Shown: piece after piece, positions 53,769-64,000 of the stretch
Layout of the letters: the number at the start of each line of letters is the position of its first letter
Numbering within the stretch: the stretch's first letter is position 1
Origin: Octopus vulgaris
Lineage: Eukaryota
Direction of reading: 5' to 3'
Assembly: GCA_951406725.2 (NCBI GenBank)
Contig: OX597832.1
Location: 50,840,001 to 50,904,000 of the forward strand
DNA length: 64,000 nucleotides
Notes under the pieces: model-generated
The model's input: only the letters and a program-made list of their open reading frames with translations
What the model was told of the DNA's origin: nothing
The model's database searches: none
Program-made: the position numbers and the translations under genes

Positions 53769-55188
53769 GAAAAGGCTTCTTTCAGTTTCCGTCTATCAAA
53801 TCCACCCGGCCCAAGTCTACAGTAGAAGACACTTGCTAAAGATGCTACGCATTGGGAATGAACCTGGGACCATGGGGCTAGGAGGCAAGCTTCTTACCAC
53901 ACAGCCAAGCCTGTGGCTATATTATGTCTGGGGAAAATTAAAGACGGTGTAATCACGGCTTGAATGAATACCTTTGATCAAACATCTGGTTGATCAGTAT
54001 TGACCTTGGGTTAAACAACAACAACAGCAATATGGAATGTTGCTTTCGTTGTTGTTATTGTTGCAGTTATCACATTTACGTTGTTTACGCTGTTGTAGTT
54101 GTTTTTTTTTTGGCGCCACGTCATGCCTGATTGAGCAAATATAAAGGTAAAAGCATTCCAGCCGTGACCATCCTATCTTTTCCGTATGTGCAAGGAACCC
54201 AGGACCATATTAATCAATGCGATGTGATGTTTGTGTGAGTGCGTGTGTGTGTGTGTGTGAGAGACAGAGAGAGAGAGAGAGAGATTTGAGAGATTTAAGG
54301 GAGATTCGGTTGCTATTTCTGGCAGGTCGATCGATGGCGCAAAAGTTTCTCTGTGATTGTCGTTGTTGTTGTTGTGGTTATTATTATTTAGCCCCAGACG
54401 AACTGGCAGAAACATTAGCACGCCGGGCGAAATGCGTAGCCGTATTTCGTCTGCCGTTACGTTCTGAGTTCAAATTCCGCCGAGGTCGACTTTGCCTTTC
54501 ATCCTTTCGGGGCCGATAAATTAAGTACCAGTTACGCACGGGGGTCGATATAATCGACTTAATCCGTTTGTCTGTCCTTGTTTGTCCCCTCTATGTTTAG
54601 CCCCTTGTGGGCAATAAAGAAATAATTATTATTTAGCCCCGGACCAACCTCGATAAAGCAAACCTATGATCAACGACGTTCCAGTCGCGACTACTTGTAA
54701 TTTTTATCCCAGCCACAGTACAACCAGGGTCACATGATCCAACACGACCTTCATTTTGAAGACGTTCAGGTGATATTCGAGGGAGATTTAGGTTCGATTT
54801 CGTGCAGATCGAGTGACTGCTTAGTGTTGTTATTGTAGCTATTTCGTTGTTGTTGTTGTTGTTGATGATGATGATGATGATGATAATGCATTTACAACAA
54901 ATATTGCTTCGGTTATCACGTATTTTTTTATAAGTATGACTGTTGCTGTTTAGTCCCGGATCAGCACAGACCAAGCGGACTCGTGATTAGTCTTCCGTCC
55001 GTGACCACTACGTACGTCTTTCAGAGCTGCCTTTCACTATACAATGTGTCCTTTCTTTATCTATGACGGTGAGGGTTGATAGTCGAGGGAGGCCTGATGG
55101 CTATTATTTCTTGCAAGACGGTCAACCACGTTGAGTATTTCTCGCTGTTGTTGTTGCTATCGGGTCTGCTCTTTTTTGCTGCTGTAGT

Positions 55189-55243
<55 letters not shown>

Positions 55244-55456
55244 GCTGCTGCTGCTGTTGTCTTCGCAACTGCAATTATATTTGCTATTATTGTAATTGCT
55301 GTTGCTAACACCTATTTTTGTTGCTACAGTTGTTGTTTACGGTGCTGTTGCTGTCGCTGGGGGAGGGGTAGGAGCTTGCGTCTTTGTTGCTATTGACTTA
55401 GTTGGTGCGAATGTTGCTTCTTATTGTATTTGTTGTTCTCAATGTTGCTGTAGTAG
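43174..55456 (+). repeat. Copy 2 of the ~13-kb direct duplication
   Basis: Colinear with 29969-43073; begins exactly at the gap. Confidence 0.97.
50070..52920 (-). mobile_element. Copy-2 counterpart of the four-fragment RLE LINE stack
   Basis: ORFs 50532-50810, 51631-51966, 52129-52464 and 52475-52891. Confidence 0.88.
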
Positions 55457-55487
55457 TTGTAGCAGCAGCAGCAGCAGCAGCAGTAGC

Positions 55488-55535
<48 letters not shown>

Positions 55536-55936
55536 TGTTGCTAATGTTATTTTCACTGTTAATTTTCGATGTTGTTAACGTTTTTGTTGCATTCATATTC
55601 TGCTTTTTTCTGCATTTATCGTAATTGTTGCTACAGCTGCGAGTGTTATGGTTATTGCTGCAACTCCAGTTATTTTTGTTGCTAATCATGTGATAGAAAA
55701 GGGAACCAAGGGTATGGCGTTCCTTTTTTAGCTCGCAGAATTGGTTGGCTTCTAGTGTCTAGCCCCACCACCACCACCATCATCAGCCAATCTCTACTCC
55801 TCGGACTTTAACGTACACTAGGTCCCTAAAAAATTAGGGAACACATTTATATTACTGTTGCTAACGACGTTAGCACATGATGCAATGCATTTGTTGATGC
55901 TGTTGTTGCTATTGTTGCTGCTGCTGTTGTTGCTGT

Positions 55937-56322
55937 TGAGCGAAGCGGTCTTCGTCCCAGAGCTCGCAAGATCGCGCCTCTGTAGTGGGAGAAGTCCCAA
56001 ACGTGGTCCTTTGCTATTCGTAAGACCCGCAGAAGAGAAAGCAGGTCAGACCCCGACACCGAGAGCATCGGCGGATGGATGAATGCGCATCCAGGCTCAG
56101 CGTTTGCGTAGGAAGTCGGGGACAAGAAACAGGAAGAAAGAGTGAGAGAAAGTTGGAGCGAAAGAGTGCAACAGGGGTCACCACCACCACCCCGCTGCCG
56201 GAGCATCGTGGAGCTTTAGGTGTTTTCGCTCAATAAACACACACAACGCCCGGTCGGGAAATCGAAACCGCGATCCTCCGACCGCGAGTCCACTGCCCTA
56301 ACCACTGGGCCATTGCGCCCCC
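55937..56322 (-). mobile_element. SINE group C, tail W, in (CAA/CAG)n
   Basis: Consensus head rc at 56215-56322; unrelated tail ending gaccgcttcgctcaacagcaac. Confidence 0.88.
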
Positions 56323-56671
56323 TGTTGCTGCTGTTGTTGTTGCTACTGTTGTTGTTGCTACTGTTGTTGTTGCTACTGCTGTGATTAAACTGGTTGATAG
56401 TTCTATCGTCGTCGTCATCGTTGTTAAAGCAACAAACTAACAGAACCTTTATCACACTGGACAAAATACTAAGCGGTATATTCTTCCGGTTTCTTACGTT
56501 GCGAGTTCAAATGCCGCAGATGCCGACTTAGTTTTTCGCCCTTTCAGGGGTGACAAAATAAGAACCAATTGAAGCCCTGGCACTTAATTTCATCACTCCT
56601 CCCACCAAATTTCAAGCCTGTTGTCTATAGTCGAAAGAATTGTTGCTGCTTAGCGGCATTTCGTCCGTCAT

Positions 56672-56895
56672 CGAAAGGATGAAAAGCTAAGTCGACCTCG
56701 GCAGAATTTGAACTCAGAACATAACGGCAGATGAAATACGGCTACGCATTTCGCCCGGCGTGCTAACGTTTCTGTCAGCTCGTCTGGGGCTAAATAATAA
56801 TAACCACAACAACAACGACAATCACAAAGAAACCTTTGTGCCATCGATCGACCTGCTAGAAATAACAACCGAATCTCCCTCAAATCTCTCTCAAA

Positions 56896-56930
<35 letters not shown>

Positions 56931-57019
56931 TACACACGCACACACACACACACACGCACACACACGCACACACTCTCATACACACATCATATCACATTGA
57001 TTAATATGGTCCTGGGTTC
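56672..57019 (-). repeat. Inverted local duplication of 54195-54509 inserted into a group A SINE
   Basis: Includes non-SINE flank (tggggctaaataataataaccacaac..ttaatatggtcctgggttc). Confidence 0.9.
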
Positions 57020-57479
57020 AAATTCCATTGAGGTCGACTTTACTTTTCTTCCTATAGGGTCGATAACATAAGTACCAGTTACGCACTGGGGTCGATGTAA
57101 CCGACTTATCCTCTCCCCCCAAAATCACAGGCCTTGTGCCTTTGGCAGAAAGGATTGTCGTTATTCTTGTTGGTGCTGTTTTAGATGTTTTTTTTGGTTC
57201 TTGTCGTATTCGCAACTGCTGCGCCCTGCTGCACCCTACTACACCCTGCTGAATCCTTTTGCACACCGCTGCACCATGGTGCATCCGGTTGCACGCTGTC
57301 GTTGTTGCTGTTACTGTTGCTGTTGTTGTCCGCGATTAATTTTTTGCTGCTGGTGGTTATTGTTATCAGCGCTGCAGACGTCCTTGCACACGTTGCAACG
57401 TCTGTTGCTCTGTTGTTGCAGCTGATGTGCATGCAGCTGTTTGGTGCTGTCGCTGCATTTCTGCTCTTTTTGCTGCCGA

Positions 57480-57705
57480 TGTTGCTGTTGTTGTTGTTAC
57501 TGATGTTGTTTGTTTGTTGTTGTTGTTGTTGTTGTTGTTGTTGCTTTGGTCTTTGCTGCTGCTGCTGCTGTAATTATAAATTTTGCTGCAAACGTTGCTC
57601 CTGATGCTGCTGCTGCTACTACTACTGTTTTGCTGCTGTTGTTGCTGTTGTTGTTGCTGCTGTTGCTCTTGTTGCTGTTGTTGTTGCTGTTGCTGTTGTT
57701 GTTGT

Positions 57706-57737
<32 letters not shown>

Positions 57738-58278
57738 ATGCTGCTGATGCTGTTGCTGCTGTTGTTGTTGCTGTTGTTGCTGTTGTTGTTTTTGTTGTTG
57801 TTTTTGTTGTTGCTGCTGTTGCTGCTGTTGTTGTTTTTGTTGTTGCTGCTGTTGTTTTTTTTGTTATTGCTGCTGCTGTTGCTACTATTGCTGTTGTTGC
57901 TGCTGTTGTTGTTGTTGTTGCTATTGCTGTCTGTGTCACAGTTGCTGCTGTTTACACTAATGCCTCGGTCAGCGTTGCTATAGAACCAGTGACGACGACG
58001 ACGGCGGCGACAAAGGCTACCATGACGATGACGGTGATGACCGCAAGAGCGACAGTGACGCAAGCAAGAACAACAGCAGTGATGACGATGGCGATCATGA
58101 TGATCACGATAATTATGATAATGACGACGACGATGACGACGACAAATTATGGTCATGTGCATCATCATTATCATTGCCATCAACAATACCAAATCAACAT
58201 CATCATCGTCATCGTCGTCGTCGTCAGCATCATCATCATCATCATCATCGTCATCATCATCATCAGCATCAGCATCAT

Positions 58279-58310
<32 letters not shown>

Positions 58311-58504
58311 GCCACATCAGCATCAGCATCATCAGCATCAGCATCAGCATCAGCATCATCAGCATCAGCATCAGCATCATCAGCATCAATCATCATCACC
58401 GACATCATCATCACCATCATCACCATCATCATCAGCAGCAGCAGCAGCATCACCAGCAGCATCATCATCATCATCGTCATCATCATCATCAGCATCAGCA
58501 TCAT

Positions 58505-58536
<32 letters not shown>

Positions 58537-58667
58537 GCCGCATCAGCATCAGCATCATCAGCATCAGCATCAGCATCATCAGCATCAATCATCATCACCG
58601 ACATCATCATCACCATCATCATCAGCAGCAGCAGCAGCATCACCAGCAGCATCATCAACATCATCAG

Positions 58668-58699
<32 letters not shown>

Positions 58700-58750
58700 G
58701 CATCATCATCACCATCATCGTCGTGGTCGTGGTCGTCGTCGTCATCATCA
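57480..58750. repeat. Compound trinucleotide array (TTG/CTG, then GAC/GAT, then CAT/CAG)
   Basis: Direct reading; block cagcatcaatcatcatcaccgacatc duplicated at ~58381 and ~58580. Confidence 0.95.
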
Positions 58751-58772
58751 ACGTGTTGATGCAGAATCCATA

Positions 58773-58953
58773 ACTTACACTATTCACGCTGGTGCTTTTA
58801 CAAATCGATTGAGTCTCGTGCAAACAACACATATCTTGTTTGCTGCCCGCCCAGCTGCTTTTTTTATCTGGCGAATCTAGGCGTCGTTATTGGGCGGTTC
58901 TCTCATTGACGTCACAAACTCTCCCGGATATATATGTCTGTCGTAGTATAAAA
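58773..58953. promoter_or_regulatory. Candidate promoter / first-exon island
   Basis: ATTGG 58889, GGGCGG 58892, TGACGTCA 58907, TATAAAA 58947; minus-strand donor GTAAGT at 58778-58773. Confidence 0.3.
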
Positions 58954-59054
58954 CCTCCACATCTCACGCTTCTCACAATCGAGCTTTTCTCTTCTGTCTT
59001 TTCTCCTCTCCTTGTCTTCTCTGTTTTCTTCTTGTTCTCCTGTTGTCTTCACTC

Positions 59055-59097
<43 letters not shown>

Positions 59098-59241
59098 TGT
59101 CTTCCACCTCTCTCACACACACACATACACGCGCACATACACACACACACATGCACACACACAAACACCGATGCACACACGCACATACACACACATTCTC
59201 TCTCTCACCCCCTCCGTCTATCAATCTATCTATCCATATAG

Positions 59242-59340
<99 letters not shown>

Positions 59341-59779
59341 GCTGGTTCTTATACCCTCTCTCCATGCTCACTCTTTCTCTCTCGTTCTCTTTTCCTCTGT
59401 CTCTCACTACCTCATTATCACGTTCTTTCTCTCATACATTCTAATTCACTTCACCTTTCTCTCCCTCTCTGTTCCCCCTCTTTCTATCTATCTACTCCCG
59501 GATTATTTCTCTCTCGCCCGTATATCCCCCCCTCCACTATCCCATATCAGCATATCAACATATGTAGCTATTGATTACTTTTGACAGGGCACAAGGTTGA
59601 TATGTATTTTTTTCTGTAAGGGAGAGATATATGCATTGATCGATTCAATCCCAGCGTATTAATAGCTGTTATTTTATCGATCTCAAAGAGCGAAAGGCTA
59701 AGTTAAACCCCCAAGTTAGATTTGAACTCGGAACCATGAGAACTGAGCACTAAATGTGTCAATACATTAAAAATAATTT

Positions 59780-60000
59780 GTTTCTTTACTACCCACAAGG
59801 GGCTAAACACAGAAGGGACAAACAAGGACAGACAAATGGATTAAGTCGATTATATCGACCCCAGTGCGTAACTGGTACTTAATTTATTGACACTGAAAGG
59901 ATGAAAGGCAAAGTCGATCTCGGCAGAATTTGAACTCAGAACGTAGCAGCAGACGAAATACGGTTACGCATTTCGCCCGGCGTGCTAACGTTTCTGCCAG
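59780..60000 (-). mobile_element. SINE group A with type-2 tail
   Basis: Near-consensus. Confidence 0.9.
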
Positions 60001-61732
60001 AATTGCATTCACCACGGATTCCTTAATATCTCCTCGATACGCTATATTGAAACACGGCTTTATAAGTCTATTTGCTGGTGTTGCTTTTTTTTTCTTGACA
60101 TAAAGCTAAAAATAAATACAAATCTTTCTTTGTGCCATCATGGGAATGATGGCTGTCACCAGGGAACGAACGTCCCCTGGTCAGTTCCATAATGAACACT
60201 AACGTGTAATTTTCGAAGGATGTAATAAAATTTGGACAGGGACTAACTGTCGTTGACAATTCCGGTTTTGCAGAGAAGTCGATGATGTGGTGTTATGAAC
60301 ACAACCCTTTTAATGAGGCTATTATGGCCACTCCAAGAGTAGGGCGAATGAACCAAGCTCTTTTGAGAGTAGCTTGAATCCCATTATCCTTTAAAGAAGT
60401 AGGGTAACATAGAGCTAGTGCAAAACTTTAATATCGCTCGTGAATGAGTTTGAAGTAGCAAAAGGCTGCTGTCACATGACGTTACGAGATTCAGCGAATA
60501 CCTTTGCTCATGTGATCCTATCATTAGTGCTAACAAGAAAGACATGGGGCTTGGAGAAAGCTGCTGAGGTGACAGAAATCATTCTGAAAATGAAAGAGAT
60601 AATAGGCGCGGTGTGGAACACACAGGTTGGATTGAGACCGATACGGGACAAATGGGTATCCTATCAGAATAACAAAGCAGACGAGATGTATGACTAAAGA
60701 AATTTGTCGTTCTGAAGAGGTGGTGTATACAACTAAAGCAATAGGGTTAGGAATCGTGCAAAATTTGAAACCAATATTAGGCGGGAGGATTGGCAGAATC
60801 ATTAGAACGTCGACAGAATGTCCGGCAATATGTGTTCCAGTTAGTTTCGTTCCGAGTTCAAGTCCCGTCAGTCGATTTTACTTTTCGTCCCTTTGGGATC
60901 GATGAAATAAAGGAGCAGTTTTGTACTGGGGGTCGATGCAATCGACTAGCTCTCTCTCTCTCTCTCTCCCCTCAAAATTGCTAGCCCATTGTCTAGATGA
61001 GAAACAATATTTAGACGATGTGCCTTGAGTGATACTGCTGATTGTTACCAGCGTGGGGAACATTGATTGGTGAACTGAAAAGGGAAACAAGAAAATTATT
61101 CATTATGGATATATGATAGACAGATGTGAGAGAAAGACCAAGGCAGGTAACAAAGAACAGATCCTAAGTGAGCAATAAAGCAAAATAGTCGTTGTATGGA
61201 GCGGGTGGTTAGAACTGCATTCAGTTTCGCGTGGTGACAGCCTAGATGAAGGACGGAAATAAACATGCTACAAAGTGGTTTAAAGGTTCCAGGAATTTTC
61301 TGGTGGTATCAATGTTACTCGAAGACGCTTGCCCAAATACCGCGCACTGAATTTGAACCCGAAACTACGTGGTTGGATCATGAACGTCTTAACCACATAA
61401 CCATTTTAGATTAGTTATTGTTATGCTCCAGTCTAGCCGCACTGATGATCAATACCGGATCCCTGACACCTTTGAGTATAATTCATTTTGCATGAATCCC
61501 CTACATATTTTATTTCTAACTGCACCCGTGACACATCCCTTAGAGGTGGAGATAATTTTGATAAATCAAGAATTTATGTTGTATGATATTTGATATACCT
61601 GTATTTGTCTACGTTGTTCCAACACAAGAACTCGACTCTGGGTTATTTCTTTTAGCTCATTGTTTTGTTTCGTTTAAATTATCCAAGCTGTCTACGCCAT
61701 AAATGTGTCCTACTCTTTTTTTTATATATCTC

Positions 61733-62300
61733 TTATCTTTTACCTGTTTCAGTCATTAGACTGCAGCCATGCTGGAGCACCGCCTTGAATTTTTAGTCGA
61801 ATGAATCGACTCCAATACTTATTTTTTAAGACTGACACTTATTCTATCGGTCTCTTTTACCGAACCGCTAAGTTACTGGGATGTAAACACACCCACACCG
61901 GCTGTCAAGTGGTGATGGGGGACAAACATAGACACACACATAGATATACATATACATATAAAATATTAGAAAAAACCCACCTTTTATCAATTCAAAATGA
62001 ATAATTAAATTACACCATCTAGGAAATTACATATAATAGAAAAGTTAAAATTAAAATAACAATAAAAAGTAAAGATTAAGTAAATTACACGAATAATATA
62101 ATGTATATAATGGGTATACATATACATATATATATACGACGGGCTTCTTTCAGTTTCCGTCTACCAAATCCACTCACAAGGCTTTGGTCGGCCCGGGGCT
62201 ATAGTAGAAGACACTTGCCTAAGGTGCCATGCAGAGGGACTGAACTCGAAACCATGTGGTTAGGAAGCAAGCTTCTTACCACACAGCTACTCCTGTATCT
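61733..62300 (-). mobile_element. SINE group B with a ~140-bp AT-rich insertion in its internal microsatellite
   Basis: 3' half 61733-61950, 5' half 62135-62300. Confidence 0.8.
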
Positions 62301-62502
62301 ATAGCCACTGTGTCGAAGTTCCTTGGATACAGGATATAAGGTAAGACAACTGTCATCTGATGATGTTGTTGAGGCAGTTTCACATGTCCACGATTGTCGT
62401 CTTATATTCAGACTATAAGTTCGTCCTTTTCCTTAATGTCAACTCGAGAAAATACTTGAATCTTGCGATTATCTCCCCTTCTCATTTGCCAATTAGTAAT
62501 TA

Positions 62503-62807
62503 CTAGTAGTATCGCCCGGCGTTGCTCGGGTTTGTAAGGGAAATAACTATATAAGCATTTTTAGAGAGTTACTTCCCTTATATAACCCGAGCAAAAATCA
62601 TTAAAAATGCGGAAAAATGATGGTAATTTTTTTTTAATCGTAGACTCATCGTAGACGCGCGCTAATACCCAGAAGGGCTCGATATGAATGACGACTATAA
62701 GATACCCGGTTTTGGTTAAACTGCACCGCAAAATGTGGGAGTAGTTAGGAATCTAAATCGGAGGAGACAGAGTCTCACACACAGAACTTCAATTTTATAT
62801 ATAAAGA
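62503..62807 (-). mobile_element. Non-autonomous Helitron
   Basis: Minus strand A|TCTTTATATATAAAA ... hairpin CCCGAGCAACGCCGGG, 8 nt, CTAG|T; no TSD. Confidence 0.88.
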
Positions 62808-63316
62808 TAATGCATCACCTACAGAAGGAAATGGTTTTAATAAATCAGAATTTATGTTCTATGGCATTTAATATACCTGCATTGTCTACGTCTTTCCCAT
62901 ACATACCACTGGTCATTCTGAGTTATTTCTCTTAACGCATTTTTCTTCTAAATTTATTAATGTTTTCAACTACTGTCACCCTCTTCTATAAAACTATTCC
63001 AAATGTTTGCTGTTCTTAAACTTAATGTCCCTTTCTCCATGTTTCTACTTCATATATAATTCATTTTACACGAATCCCCTTCACGGTGTCCATTAACTGC
63101 GTTGTATATATATTCCAAGCATATCCGTTCTGACTCGTCCGTATGTCAAGCTTGATAGTTTGAGCTTTTCAACTTTTCTGCATACGTTAGATTCTCCAGT
63201 TTAGATTGTTGTTTAGTAGATCTGCTTTGTAAGCGATTCACTTTTAACCACGAGTTCTTTATTGTTCTTCATAGGTACAGGTATGACTATGTGGTTAAGA
63301 AGCTTGCTTTACAACC

Positions 63317-63690
63317 ATAAAAAGTCTGGCTGCATCCGAAAAAATATATATTATGAAACAAAAATAAACACAAAATTTATTACACGAATCTGTTACCACC
63401 ACGACAGTCAACTATTTGACGCCGAACACGAGTTTGATGTTGAATACATCCACGAATTTTCCGCTCAGCTCTTCCCAAGACTGCAAGATGGCTTCGTGCA
63501 ATTCATGCCTCGTTGTAGGGTTTTTCAGTTCAACTTTATCGGCCAAAACTTTGAAAATGCCTTCATCTAATGGATTCCACGTGTAAACAATGTGTTGAAT
63601 AGAACTCACTGAATAAATCTTAATTAACTGTGTTGTCAATTGTATGCACCTGACATATATGCTAACGTGTATGCAGCCAGACTTTTCATA
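63317..63690 (-). mobile_element. Internally deleted Tc1/mariner-type element inside an old group B SINE head
   Basis: Inverted repeat aaaagtctggctgcat (63320-63335 and 63671-63686); NPLDEGIFKVLADKVELKNPTTRHELHEAILQSWEEL; SINE halves at 63272-63316 and 63700-63820. Confidence 0.7.
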
Positions 63691-63852
63691 CAGAGGATAC
63701 TTTCGAGTTCAGTGTCACTGCGTGTCTCCTAGGGCAAGTGTCTTCTACTATAACCCAGAACCGAACGTCGCGCTGTAGGTGAATTTGGTAGACGGAAACT
63801 GTGTGGACGATCGTCGTATATTCACACACACACACAAGCACACACACACACA

Positions 63853-63949
<97 letters not shown>

Positions 63950-64000
63950 CCAAATTTAGGGTATGGAGCAGGTAAAATCCAGCTTATATTTGTTTCCTAG

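Noticed and set aside
57497-58880. Poly-D/N/S/H/Q ORFs
   Set aside because: Trinucleotide array open in most frames; no non-repetitive domain or supported exon structure
60440-61280. Possible RTE-type LINE remnant split by a SINE
   Set aside because: Only faint resemblance; no diagnostic motif could be read

Overview
AT-rich, repeat-saturated eukaryotic DNA, most likely intronic or intergenic sequence of an octopus. The organism is inferred from the microsatellite load and the tRNA-derived SINE families and is not verified. No intact host protein-coding gene can be supported, and nearly all listed ORFs are microsatellite translations. Real coding remnants are all transposon-derived: R4/Dong-type and other RLE non-LTR fragments, a Tx1/L1-type fragment, a young CR1-type 3' fragment with an open frame, and Tc1/mariner pieces. 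There are also four SINE groups (labelled A-D here), MITEs, fold-backs and a non-autonomous Helitron. About 13 kb (29969-43073) is repeated after a 100-N gap (43174-~55456), probably as two haplotypes placed in tandem, which gives a built-in filled/empty-site comparison. The main leads are: (1) a ~70-bp SINE tail module that lands in other SINE heads with long target duplications (up to 91 bp); (2) a same-strand stack of RLE LINE ends that all abut (CATA)n; (3) a polymorphic CR1-like insertion in (TA)n with a 4x22-bp reiteration at its 5' junction; (4) one SINE head carrying four different tails; (5) a few candidate regulatory islands. Family assignments come from motif recognition by eye, and coordinates of degenerate elements are approximate.
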